Origin: Candidatus Eiseniibacteriota bacterium
GTDB taxonomy: Bacteria; Eisenbacteria; RBG-16-71-46
NCBI GenBank assembly: GCA_041498315.1
Contig: JBGQIE010000001.1
Span: forward strand, 5,536-69,535
Length of the DNA stretch: 64,000 nucleotides
Reading direction: 5' to 3'
A program made the position numbers and the translations under genes. Below the pieces are notes generated by a model. It did not search any database, was not told the DNA's origin, and worked only from the letters and a program-made list of their open reading frames with translations. Shown here in pieces: positions 49,875 to 59,422 of the stretch; the first letter of the stretch is position 1; every line of letters begins with the position of its first letter.

Positions 49875-51763
49875 GGCCTGTCCGCTCCCTCGCTCCAGCC
49901 CGACCTGGCGAGCCGCGCGGTCCAGCCGAAGAACTCGGCGAGGCGCTCGGGCGCGACCGGGGCCGGGCCCCCGGTCTCGAGCCACACCAGGCGGGCGATC
50001 TCCCCGACCGTGCGCCGGCCGTCGCACGCGAACCAGGCCAGCTCGAGCGCGAGCGTGCCGCCCGGGAAAGCGGCCTCAAAGCGGCGGAAGCGCTCGCGCT
50101 CCTCGCGGCTCAGCGCAGCATAGCCGGCGAGGAGGTGCCGATGCATCTCGAGCGGCCCCGGGGGACGCACGGGAACGGTGGTGCGCGAGCGGGCGGCGGC
50201 GCCCGCGGCGGCGGACGGAGCGGCCGCGGGCGCCCCGGCGTCCAGGCGGCGCAGGCTCGCGAGCGTGGCGCGTGCGCGCAGCGCCTCGGCCTCGGCCGTG
50301 CGCGCCGGCTCGGGATGATCGAGGGCGTCGAGCCGGCGCCGCTGCGATCCGCGCTCGACGGCCTCCGCGAGCCAGGCCCGCTCCGGGGCGTCCGCGCTCG
50401 CGAGGAAGCCGGCAAATGTCGCGGCACAGCGCGCGGCGAGCGCGAGGGACGCCGGATCGCACTTGTCGGGCGTGTCGTGCGAGGAATGGTAGTAGCGATC
50501 GGGCCATTGGATGAGCATCGGGCACGGGATCCCGACCAGCGGGTCCACGAGCACGGCGTGGTCGCTGCCGCCGCCGTACGGCACCTCGCCCATGCGCGTG
50601 AGCGAGAAGTGGCCCGGACCCGAGTAGGAGGTCACCCAGTCCTGCGCGCGCTCGCGGATCCGCCGCAGCAGCTCGCCCGCGAAGCTCCCGGCGAAGCAGG
50701 GCGGATGCTCGATGAGCAGCGTGCTGCCGCACCGGGCCTGGTCCTCCCCCACCATGTCCAGGTTGAGTGCCGCGACCGTGCGGCGCGCCCGCGCGGCATC
50801 GAGCCCCTCGTCCGGCGGGTTCGGCCCCGCGAGCCAGGCGTGGGTTCCGGTGAGCTCCGGCATCCACAGGAAGCGGATCCCGAGCGAGCGCGGGCGCGCC
50901 CCGGGCCGCGCGCCGAGGGCCGCGAGCGCCCGCGCGGACTCGAGGGCCGCGGCCACGCCCGAGCCGTTGTCGTTGGCGCTCGGCTCGGGGTGACAGAGGT
51001 GCGAGAGCACCAGGACTTCGCGCTCGGAGGCTCCCGGAAGGGTCGCCGAGAGCAGCGGGATGCGCGTGGGAAAGCGCCGGCTCTCGATCTCGACCTCGAG
51101 CTCGAGCGCCGCACCGGCCGCGAGGCGCTCGCGCAGCCGTGCGCCGGCGGCGGGGCTCACGACGAATCCCCAGCCGCGCGGCTCCCCGGCGTGCCACCAG
51201 AACGAGGTGTAGGCGACCGCCTCCGGGTCGTCGAGCGGGCCGCGCACCGGCGGCAGCAGCCGGCGACCGTCGAACAGGAGGCCGGCCGCACCCCGCTCGA
51301 CCACGGCCAGCTGATGAACCCGCTGGACCGCGCCCCGGGTGAGCACGATCCGCCCGCGCACCTCACGGCCGCGATAGTGCTCGTCCTCGGTGCCGTCCTC
51401 GAGCACGACGATCGGAAACTTCCCCCGGGCGGGGGCGCTGCGCAGGATGAGCGAGAGCTTGAGCCGCGCGTAGTCGCACAGGGTCGCGCGCGCTCTTCCG
51501 TCCACCAGCGTGGCGTGGGCTTGGGAGCATTCCCAGCCTTCGGGCATGAGGGCCCCCAGACGGCGCGCGATCCCGTCGCCGGGCGCGTGCTCGAGCGCCA
51601 CCTTCAAGCCGGAAGCCTCGAGCTCGCCCGCGAGCCAGGACGCGGCGTCGTCGTAGCCCGGGCTCGCCTGGACGCGGTGGAATCGCGACACCGCCTCGAC
51701 CGCGGCGAGCGCGCGCGCTCCCGACACCTGGTCCCGCAGGGCTTGGAGCAGCGGCTCAAACAT
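49871..51763 (-). CDS. M28-like peptidase-fold protein with DUF4910-like C-terminal extension
   Basis: HPEPSANDNGSGVAA and HYHSSHDTPDK metal-ligand motifs of the M28/aminopeptidase fold. The stop overlaps the PPC gene start. Confidence 0.6.
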   Translation of the reverse strand: MFEPLLQALRDQVSGARALAAVEAVSRFHRVQASPGYDDAASWLAGELEASGLKVALEHAPGDGIARRLGALMPEGWECSQAHATLVDGRARATLCDYARLKLSLILRSAPARGKFPIVVLEDGTEDEHYRGREVRGRIVLTRGAVQRVHQLAVVERGAAGLLFDGRRLLPPVRGPLDDPEAVAYTSFWWHAGEPRGWGFVVSPAAGARLRERLAAGAALELEVEIESRRFPTRIPLLSATLPGASEREVLVLSHLCHPEPSANDNGSGVAAALESARALAALGARPGARPRSLGIRFLWMPELTGTHAWLAGPNPPDEGLDAARARRTVAALNLDMVGEDQARCGSTLLIEHPPCFAGSFAGELLRRIRERAQDWVTSYSGPGHFSLTRMGEVPYGGGSDHAVLVDPLVGIPCPMLIQWPDRYYHSSHDTPDKCDPASLALAARCAATFAGFLASADAPERAWLAEAVERGSQRRRLDALDHPEPARTAEAEALRARATLASLRRLDAGAPAAAPSAAAGAAARSRTTVPVRPPGPLEMHRHLLAGYAALSREERERFRRFEAAFPGGTLALELAWFACDGRRTVGEIARLVWLETGGPAPVAPERLAEFFGWTARLARSGWSEGADRP

Positions 51764-53078
51764 CGACGCCTCCCCCGGTGTTCGGATGCGCGTTCGGCTG
51801 CGCCGGGCGGGGACGCGGCGTCGCCGCCGCGGCGAGGCCGAGCGCGAGCAGCGCCGGCGCGCCATATTCCACCAGGCGCCAGGCGAATGGCAGGTGAAAG
51901 TCGCGACCCCCGGCGGGGGTCGCGAACACGCCGTAGCTCAGGATGGCCGTGGCCGAGAGCAGGATCCAGGGCGCGCTGGGCGCCCAGGGCTCGAGCATCA
52001 GGAACCAGCCCTGGTACCACGGATGGGCCACCGGCGAGACCAGCAGCGCGGTCTTGAACGTGGCGCGCACGGCACGCGTCACGTCCGAGCCGCGGACGAG
52101 GGCCGCCGCCGCCACGATGACCGTGATGGCGAGGCCGAGGGTGCGGGCGGCGCGGAAGCTGCCGGTCCAGCGCTCGAAGACTTCGAAGCAGAGCGCGTTG
52201 TTGCGCCAGGTCTCCCAGTAGGCATGGAGGCCCGAGTTCGATCCGCGCGTGAGCCAGGCGAAGGCGCCGAGCCCGGCGCCGAGGAGGATCAGGGCCAGGG
52301 CCCGCGCCCGCCACGGCCAGCGCCGCCACAGGAACGGCAGCGCCACGAGCGGCGCCAGCTTGACCAGCGCGCCGGCCGACAGGGCCGCCGCCGACAGCAG
52401 CGGTCGCGCCCGCGCGGCGGCGATCGCCACGAGCAGCCACACCATCGCGGTCGGGTCGTTGTGCCCGCTGCCGGCGTACTCGACCAGCACGAGCGGATTC
52501 CAGGCGTAGACGATCGCCCAGGCCGGGCTCCTCCCGTCACGCCGCAGGACCGCGATGAGGATCGCGACCAGCCCCAAGTCGTGGAGCAGGATCCACAGCT
52601 TCATGGCGACCAGGGTGGGCGAAACGGCGGCGACCAGCGCGAAGCCGGCCTCGGCGAGCGGCGGATAGATGGTCGCGAGCTCGGGGTGGTTCACCGCCGG
52701 ATGGATGCGCTGATCGCGCAGCGCGCTCAACGCGGGATCGAGCGGGCTCTGGGTCCATGGATTGCCGCCGTGCAGAAGCACGCGGCCCTCCCAGACGTAG
52801 CGGTAGATGTCGTCGGAGAGCGAAGGGGGTGCCGCGATCAGCGCCAGGCGCGCGGCCAGCGCCACGACGAATACCCCGCCCCCCACGCGCGGCAGGGCCG
52901 CGTAGCGGGGCAGGCGAAGGAGGGCGAGCGCGTAGCAGCCGAACGCCACCAGGTACAGCGTCTGGAACGCGCGCAGGGCGCCCAGGGCGTCCGGCAGCGA
53001 GCCCATGAAGGCGGCGGCGAGCGTGAGCCCCGTCCCCAGGGCAAGCAGCTCGAGGGCCGCGCCCGGCGCTCGCGACAC
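51756..53078 (-). CDS. integral-membrane glycosyltransferase, GT87/DUF2029-like (polyprenol-phosphate-mannose dependent)
   Basis: ~11 TM helices with the DDIYRY motif in the first periplasmic loop. Confidence 0.6.
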   Translation of the reverse strand: MSRAPGAALELLALGTGLTLAAAFMGSLPDALGALRAFQTLYLVAFGCYALALLRLPRYAALPRVGGGVFVVALAARLALIAAPPSLSDDIYRYVWEGRVLLHGGNPWTQSPLDPALSALRDQRIHPAVNHPELATIYPPLAEAGFALVAAVSPTLVAMKLWILLHDLGLVAILIAVLRRDGRSPAWAIVYAWNPLVLVEYAGSGHNDPTAMVWLLVAIAAARARPLLSAAALSAGALVKLAPLVALPFLWRRWPWRARALALILLGAGLGAFAWLTRGSNSGLHAYWETWRNNALCFEVFERWTGSFRAARTLGLAITVIVAAAALVRGSDVTRAVRATFKTALLVSPVAHPWYQGWFLMLEPWAPSAPWILLSATAILSYGVFATPAGGRDFHLPFAWRLVEYGAPALLALGLAAAATPRPRPAQPNAHPNTGGGVDV

Positions 53079-53081
53079 AGC

Positions 53082-55244
53082 TTAGCGCGGCGCTGGAACC
53101 GTGACGCGCAGGGCGCGCTGCGCGAGATTGCCGGCCGCGTCCACGGCACGCACGCTCAGCGTGTGATCGCCGGTCGAGAGCTCGGGGAGCCGGCCGTGGA
53201 AGGCCAGCGCCGGCCGGTCGGCCATGCCCCCGTCGGGGGTCACGAGCCGCCAGTCCCCGTCGTCCACCGCCACCTCGATGCGGCTGATCGTGCTCGAAGC
53301 GTCCGCCGCCCGGCCCTCGAACGACGCGGCGCCCCGCTCGCCGCGGGCGGAGAGATCCGTCAGCTCGGGCGGCGTGTTGTCGATCGTGAAGGGCGCGCTC
53401 ATCGCCTCGCTCGTCCGGCCTTCGCCGAGCGGGTTGGCATCCTCGTCCGAGGCGATCACGCGCACCCGGTAGCGCCCGTCCGGGATCGGATTCGTGTCCC
53501 AGGTCAGGCCCGGCGCGTCGAGGTCGGCGGCGATCTTGAACCAGCGCGTGCCGCCCTCGAGGCAGGCCTCGACGCGGAAGTGCAGCGCATCCCCGTTGGG
53601 ATCGCTGCCGCGCCACAGCACGGTGCGCAGCCCGCGCGCCCACATCGGAAGCTCGCGCAGCGCGCGCTGGCTCGTGGCGGGCGGCAGGGTGTACTCGACC
53701 TTCTGCCCGCCCGCGAGCGACTGGGTCACGGGCTCCATGCGGGGCTGGATCTCGCCCTCGCGGAAGCTCTGCCCCTGGGGCGCGACGACGACCTCGTCGA
53801 TGTGGGGCGGAAGGTTCTGCTCGCGCCACGCGGCCTCGACCGATTCGATGCGCGGGTTGCCGCCCGACAGCGCGATCTTCCACTGGAAGTAACGCCCCGG
53901 CGGCGAGGCGCTCGCGCGGCCCCCGTCGGCCGCCGGTCCCCCGCTCCAGGCGCTCCAGGTCGTATCGGGCGTGTCGGTGTTGCCGCTGCGGCTCTCGAGC
54001 TCGACGTGGGAGTTGCGCGCCTCGCCGCGCCACACCAGGCGCCCGAATCGCGCCAGGCGCCGGGCGTCCTGGACCGTCGACAACAGCTCGCCGCGCTCGG
54101 CGCGATCCGGGCCCAGGCGCCACAACGCGGCCGGATTCGAGGTCGCCGCGAGCAGCGCGCCGTCGCTCCCGATCGCCAGGGCGGTGACCTGTCCCGCGGG
54201 GGCGGCGAGCCACTGGCTGGCGGCGCCTTCGCGCTCGAGCCGATACACGCCGGCACGATTTCCGGTGGCCGCGAACACGCCGTCGGGCCGGCCGGCGAGC
54301 GCGAACACGAACGGCTGAGGGGCGCTCCAGAACGGCACGACGACCGAGTCCGGAACGATGCGGTAGACCACGGCGCGTCCGCCCGCGACCGCGCTCCGGA
54401 CCGGCGTCGGCCCTTCGGCCGCACCCGGCTCGCCGCTGTCGTCGCTCACCGCCGAGCCGGTGATGGCGGCCGCATAGAGGGCGCCGTCGGGGCCCAGGGC
54501 GAGCGAGCGAATCTCGTCCTCGGCCGCGTCGTAGAGCGTGCGCAGCGTGCCGTCCGCGCGCGCCTGGATCACGCGGCCGCGCGAATCGCCCCCGGCGTAC
54601 ACTCCCCCGTGTCCATCCGCGAGGATCGAGATCAGATTGCTCTCGTCGGTATCCACGACGATGCGGGTCGTCGCCTTGGCGCCGCCGCGACCGGCCTCGA
54701 CCCGCAGCAGCCGGCCGCGGGTGCCGGTGGCCGCGAACCACGCGCTCGCGGGCGAGCTCGCGGAGGCGGCCGGGCCGGCGCGCGCGAGCCCCCACACGTA
54801 CCGCTCGCCGGTGCGGGCGACGAGCGTGGTGTCGCCGCGCGCACCGATCCGGTAGATGAGCCCCTCGGGACCGGTGCCCGCGACCAGGCCATCACCGTCG
54901 GGCGCGAGCGCGAGCACTTGTCCGACCGGGAGCCGCACCCACGGCTTGAGGCCCCCGGAGGCGGTCCAGCGCAGGATCCACCCGCGGTCCGCGCCCGCAG
55001 CGACCGAGCCGTCCTTGAGCGCGGCCAGGCTCCAGATGACCGCCGCGCTCTCCGCCCGCGCGACGCTGGTGCGGGGGCCGAGCGCGAGGCCGCCATCCGC
55101 GCCCACGACCACGCCGCGCGATACGGAGCGCGCGTAGTCCTGGACTCCGTCGCTCACCCACCATTCGGTCTCGCTGGCGCGCGCCGCTGGGGCAGCGAGG
55201 GCCAGGGCGATCATCGCGATGGCAAGCCCGATCGAACGTGCCAT
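53082..55244 (-). CDS. secreted beta-propeller protein (two-component-regulator-propeller-like repeats) with C-terminal Ig-like/Y_Y_Y-like domain
   Basis: Signal peptide and repeated G-x-hydrophobic-YAA/VYRL strands. Start is chosen at the internal Met with the signal peptide. Confidence 0.6.
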   Translation of the reverse strand: MARSIGLAIAMIALALAAPAARASETEWWVSDGVQDYARSVSRGVVVGADGGLALGPRTSVARAESAAVIWSLAALKDGSVAAGADRGWILRWTASGGLKPWVRLPVGQVLALAPDGDGLVAGTGPEGLIYRIGARGDTTLVARTGERYVWGLARAGPAASASSPASAWFAATGTRGRLLRVEAGRGGAKATTRIVVDTDESNLISILADGHGGVYAGGDSRGRVIQARADGTLRTLYDAAEDEIRSLALGPDGALYAAAITGSAVSDDSGEPGAAEGPTPVRSAVAGGRAVVYRIVPDSVVVPFWSAPQPFVFALAGRPDGVFAATGNRAGVYRLEREGAASQWLAAPAGQVTALAIGSDGALLAATSNPAALWRLGPDRAERGELLSTVQDARRLARFGRLVWRGEARNSHVELESRSGNTDTPDTTWSAWSGGPAADGGRASASPPGRYFQWKIALSGGNPRIESVEAAWREQNLPPHIDEVVVAPQGQSFREGEIQPRMEPVTQSLAGGQKVEYTLPPATSQRALRELPMWARGLRTVLWRGSDPNGDALHFRVEACLEGGTRWFKIAADLDAPGLTWDTNPIPDGRYRVRVIASDEDANPLGEGRTSEAMSAPFTIDNTPPELTDLSARGERGAASFEGRAADASSTISRIEVAVDDGDWRLVTPDGGMADRPALAFHGRLPELSTGDHTLSVRAVDAAGNLAQRALRVTVPAPR

Positions 55245-57073
55245 CAGGGCGCCTGCGCGTCGACGCGGACCTGGAGCAGAAGCTCGCCGCGGGTGAGCCC
55301 GCCGAGCGGCAGCCGGCGTTCGTCGAGCTTGGCGAGACCGCCGCGCCGCCCGGCGTCGCCCGCGCGCTCGCCGCTCGAGAGCATGGCCAGCGCCGACAGC
55401 GGCAGCTCGGGATAGTCGCGGCCCTCGCTCGTGACCTCGGGGGCGCGAGCGAACAGCGCGGCGTAGAGCCCGTCGGCGGAGCGGCTGCTCGCCAGCCGCC
55501 GCCACGCGTCCGGCAGCGATGTCGGGCGGTAGCGCGCCGGCAGCTCCTTGGCCTCGTAGCGCGACAGCTCGGGTCCGCCGCCCACCCACAGCACGTAGCT
55601 GCCCTCGGGGACCTCCTCGGGCATGGCGAGCTCGATCGCGCGCAGCTCGCGCCCGCCCCGCCAGCGCTCGACTTCGCACTCGAGGTGCAGGGTGCCGCCG
55701 GGGCGCACCGCACCGCTCAGCAGCCGGACGTTGCGCAGCGTCCACTGCTCGCGCGACGACTCGACCTTCACGCGCACCGCGATGCTGTCGAGGACCAGGG
55801 TGTCGAAGGGGTTGTTGAACAGGAAGCGCAGCGGCGAAGCGATCGCCGCGAGCAGGTCGTTGGCCGGCGAGTCGCCCGCCGCGACGTCGCTCAGCGTGAG
55901 CGCCTCGGCGCCGTGGCGGTAGATCGCGAGGCTCCAGCGCAGGCTCTGGCTCGCCCCGCTCCCGCCCGACTCGAGCAGGCTGTTGAGCGCCGCCACACCC
56001 ACCAGCGAGGGCGCCAGCGCGCGATCCTCGACGGTCTCGAACCGGAAGGGCGTGCGGCGTCCCGAGGCCTCCTCGACCGTCACCGCGATCGGCAGGAGCC
56101 GGACCTCGCCGCCCAGAACGCCGGCGACCGCGGCGCGGCGGTCCTGGGTGACGACGCCCACCTCGCGGCCGCGCACGCCGAGCTTGAACGACGAGGCCTG
56201 GCTCGGCACGACGGTCGTGATCTCGGCGGTCGACATCGGCAACCGCACCTCGCCCGACTGGAAGAACGGGTGCCCGAACAGCAGCACGCGATCCCCGTCA
56301 CGCCAGGTCAGGGTGCCGATCGCCGACATCTGGAGGTCGCCGCGCATGATGTCGACGGCCACCGCGGCGCCCGGCACGAAGGATTCGGCGCTGGGTCCGC
56401 CCGCGAGCGAGCGGCCCCCCGGAATGACCGTCAGCCCGAGCGGCGCGAGCCAGCTCGAGACCGGTTCACGGGCCGCGGCGCTGAGCCCGCCGCAGGCGAG
56501 CGGCAGCGCGAGCGGCGTGGGTCCGTTCCGGCCGGCCGAGGGCGGTGGGGCGGGCGGCTCGGGGGCGTCGCTCCAGCGCAGCTCGCGATAGCGCGGGCTT
56601 CCGCCGGCCCCCGGCAGCTCGACGCCGGTCGGGCCGGCGCTGCCGGGATTGCCGCGCGAGGTCGGCTGGTCGAGCACCGCCAGCATCTCGCGGATGGGCG
56701 TGATGCCGAACAGCGGCTCGCGCGTGAAGCTCCACCCGCTCGAGAGTGCGCCCACGAGCTTGCCCTCGACGTAGACCGGCGAGCCGCTCATCCCCTGCGC
56801 CACGCCGGTCTCGATGACGCGCTCGGAGGTCGCGCGGGCGAGGATCATGTCGCCTTCGACCTTGCCCCCCGCCAGCACGCCCACGATCACGGCGTCGAAG
56901 GTCTCGATCGAGTCCCCGCGGAACACGGTGCGCACCTCGGCGCGCTGGCCGGGGTGGAGCTGCCCGGGATCGAGCATGGGCACGGGGGCGGCCGGGACAG
57001 GAGGCGCGGCGAGCGCCAGAGCGAGCGCGCCCGCCACGAGGGCCGCGCGCGCGCGGCAGGTGGCAAACGTCAT
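55244..57073 (-). CDS. SpoIVB-like S55 family serine peptidase, secreted
   Basis: GMSGSPVYVEGKLVGAL matches the SpoIVB catalytic-Ser motif. Signal peptide present. The stop overlaps the downstream gene start by 1 nt. Confidence 0.65.
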   Translation of the reverse strand: MTFATCRARAALVAGALALALAAPPVPAAPVPMLDPGQLHPGQRAEVRTVFRGDSIETFDAVIVGVLAGGKVEGDMILARATSERVIETGVAQGMSGSPVYVEGKLVGALSSGWSFTREPLFGITPIREMLAVLDQPTSRGNPGSAGPTGVELPGAGGSPRYRELRWSDAPEPPAPPPSAGRNGPTPLALPLACGGLSAAAREPVSSWLAPLGLTVIPGGRSLAGGPSAESFVPGAAVAVDIMRGDLQMSAIGTLTWRDGDRVLLFGHPFFQSGEVRLPMSTAEITTVVPSQASSFKLGVRGREVGVVTQDRRAAVAGVLGGEVRLLPIAVTVEEASGRRTPFRFETVEDRALAPSLVGVAALNSLLESGGSGASQSLRWSLAIYRHGAEALTLSDVAAGDSPANDLLAAIASPLRFLFNNPFDTLVLDSIAVRVKVESSREQWTLRNVRLLSGAVRPGGTLHLECEVERWRGGRELRAIELAMPEEVPEGSYVLWVGGGPELSRYEAKELPARYRPTSLPDAWRRLASSRSADGLYAALFARAPEVTSEGRDYPELPLSALAMLSSGERAGDAGRRGGLAKLDERRLPLGGLTRGELLLQVRVDAQAP

Positions 57074-57212
57074 GGCCGCGGACTATAGCAGCGCCCGGAA
57101 GGGCCGCACAGCCGGTTGGCGAGGAATTGACGAACCATTGAGGTCGTTGTCGGCCCGCGCGTGAAGCCCCTCAACTTGAATGTGGAACAACGAGTCCGTA
57201 ACCTTGAACGTC

Positions 57213-59066
57213 ATGCCTTCCACCCTGCTGGCCCGCCTCGACCAGGGTCCGTTGATCGCCGATGGGGCCATGGGCACGCGGCTCTACGAGCGCGGCATTC
57301 CGTTCGACCAGTGCTTCGACGAACTCAACCTGTCGCAGCCCGAGCAGGTCGAGGCCATCCACCGCGAGTACCTGAGCGCGGGGGCCGAGCTCATCGAGAC
57401 CAACACCTTCGGCGCGAACGCGATGCGCCTCGCCGCGCACGGGCTCGAGGCCCAGGTGGGCCTGCTCGCGCGCCAGGGGGTCAAGGTGGCGCGCGCGGCC
57501 CGCGAGATCGTGGGGGTCAACGCGTTCGTCGCCGGGTCGATCGGACCGCTGGGGCGCCCGCTCGAGCCCTTCGGCCAGGTCACGGCGGCCGAGGCGGAGG
57601 CCGCCTTCCGCACCCCGGCCGAAGGACTGCTCGAAGGCGGGTGCGACTGCATCATCCTGGAGACGTTCCAGGATCTGAACGAGATCCTCGCCGCCCTGCG
57701 CGCGGTCCGCAAGGTCTCGGTCGACCTGCCGGTGATCGCCCAGATGACGTTCGGGATGGACGGCAAGACCTCCTACGGCCACACCCCCGCGCTCGCGGCG
57801 CGCGCGCTTCGCCAGGCGGGCGCCAACGTCGTCGGGGTCAACTGCGGCGTGGGCCCGCAGGCGACGCTCGAGGTGCTCGAGGAGATGGTCCAGGCGGCCG
57901 ACGGCATCCCGGTCTCGGCGATGCCGAACGCCGGCCTGCCGCAATACGTCGGGGGCCGCTTCCTCTACCTCGCGAGCCCGGAGTACTTCGCCGAGTTCGC
58001 CGCGCGCGCGGTTGCCCTCGGGGTGCGGCTGGTGGGCGGCTGCTGCGGCACCACGCCGGCGCACATCCGCGCCATGCGCGAGCGCCTCGCCACCCACCTG
58101 CCGGCCGAGAAGCTCGCCCCCGGCGCCGAGGTGCGCGTGCTCGAGCGCCCCCCGGCCCCGGTCGCTCCGCCCGCCGAGGCCGAGGAGCCGCGGCTGCTGC
58201 GCCTGCTCAGGGAGAAGTTCGTGGTCAGCGTCGAGATCGATCCGCCGCGCGGCATCAACACCGCGAAGGTCATGGAGGGCGCCCGCCTCATGGCCCACCA
58301 CGGCGTGGATTGCGTCAACATCGCCGACTCCCCGCTGGCGCGCATCCGCATGAGCGCGGGGGCGCTGGGCTACCAGATCCATACGCACTTCCCGCGGCTC
58401 GAGGTCATCCTTCATTTCACCACCCGCGATCGCAACCTCATGGGCCTCCAGAGTGATCTGCTTGGGGCGCACGCGATCGGCCTGCGCAACATCCTGGCGC
58501 TCACCGGCGACCCGCCCAGCGTGGGGGACTACCCCAACGCCACCGCGGTGTTCGACACCGACGCCATGGGGCTCATGCGCATCATCCACAAGATGAACCA
58601 GGGCACCGATCTCGCCGGCACCTCGATCGGAGCCGCGACCCGCTTCGCCGTGGGCTGCGGGGTGAACCCCACCGCCGAGAACCTCGACCTCGAGATCGAG
58701 CGTGTGAAGAAGAAGCTCGACGCCGGTCCCCAGTTCATCATGACCCAGCCGGTCTACGAGCTGTCGTGCTGGGAGCGGTTCCTCGAGCGGCTCGGCGGGC
58801 TGTCCCGCATTCCAATCCTGGTCGGCATCCTGCCGCTCCAGTCGTTTCGCCACGCCGAGTTCCTGCACAACGAGGTGCCGGGAATCCTGGTGCCGCAGTG
58901 GATCCGCGACAAGATGCGCGCGGCCGGCAACGAGGGGCAGCGGGTCGGGGTCGATCTCGCGCGCGGGCTGCTCGTCGATTGCAAAGGGCTGGCGAACGGC
59001 GTCTACCTCATGCCTTCGTTCGGCCGGTACGAGAACTGTCTCGAAGTCCTGGAGGTGCTGCGATGA
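57213..59066 (+). CDS. bifunctional homocysteine S-methyltransferase / 5,10-methylenetetrahydrofolate reductase (YitJ-like)
   Basis: An N-terminal Hcy-binding domain (DGAMGT, GGCCGT) is fused to a MetF domain. An alternative ATG lies at 57180. Confidence 0.85.
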   Translation: MPSTLLARLDQGPLIADGAMGTRLYERGIPFDQCFDELNLSQPEQVEAIHREYLSAGAELIETNTFGANAMRLAAHGLEAQVGLLARQGVKVARAAREIVGVNAFVAGSIGPLGRPLEPFGQVTAAEAEAAFRTPAEGLLEGGCDCIILETFQDLNEILAALRAVRKVSVDLPVIAQMTFGMDGKTSYGHTPALAARALRQAGANVVGVNCGVGPQATLEVLEEMVQAADGIPVSAMPNAGLPQYVGGRFLYLASPEYFAEFAARAVALGVRLVGGCCGTTPAHIRAMRERLATHLPAEKLAPGAEVRVLERPPAPVAPPAEAEEPRLLRLLREKFVVSVEIDPPRGINTAKVMEGARLMAHHGVDCVNIADSPLARIRMSAGALGYQIHTHFPRLEVILHFTTRDRNLMGLQSDLLGAHAIGLRNILALTGDPPSVGDYPNATAVFDTDAMGLMRIIHKMNQGTDLAGTSIGAATRFAVGCGVNPTAENLDLEIERVKKKLDAGPQFIMTQPVYELSCWERFLERLGGLSRIPILVGILPLQSFRHAEFLHNEVPGILVPQWIRDKMRAAGNEGQRVGVDLARGLLVDCKGLANGVYLMPSFGRYENCLEVLEVLR

Positions 59067-59422
59067 TGAAGGGCATGCTCTATTTCCTGGTCATGGCGGC
59101 GGCGATGCTCGGAATCTCGAAGCTGCTGCCCGGGTTCGAGGTCAACGGCTGGGGGCCCGCGATCATCGCGGCGCTCGTGCTCGCCCTGGTCAACGCGATC
59201 GTCAAGCCGGTCCTGTTCGTCCTCACCCTGCCGTTCACGATCGTGACGCTCGGCCTGTTCCTGTTCGTGCTCAACGCCTTCATGGTGTGGCTGACCTCGG
59301 CGCTGGTGCCGGGCTTCCGGGTGCACGGCTTCGGCACCGCGCTCCTGGCCTCGCTGTTGCTCTCGCTCGTCGGCATGGTGTGGAAGGCGCTCACCCGCGC
59401 GGATGACGCGCCCCGGACCTGA
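59063..59422 (+). CDS. DUF360/phage-holin-family-IV-like small membrane protein
   Basis: 119 aa with 3-4 TM helices, matching the PF04020 pattern. The ATG overlaps the upstream TGA (ATGA). Confidence 0.6.
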   Translation: MMKGMLYFLVMAAAMLGISKLLPGFEVNGWGPAIIAALVLALVNAIVKPVLFVLTLPFTIVTLGLFLFVLNAFMVWLTSALVPGFRVHGFGTALLASLLLSLVGMVWKALTRADDAPRT

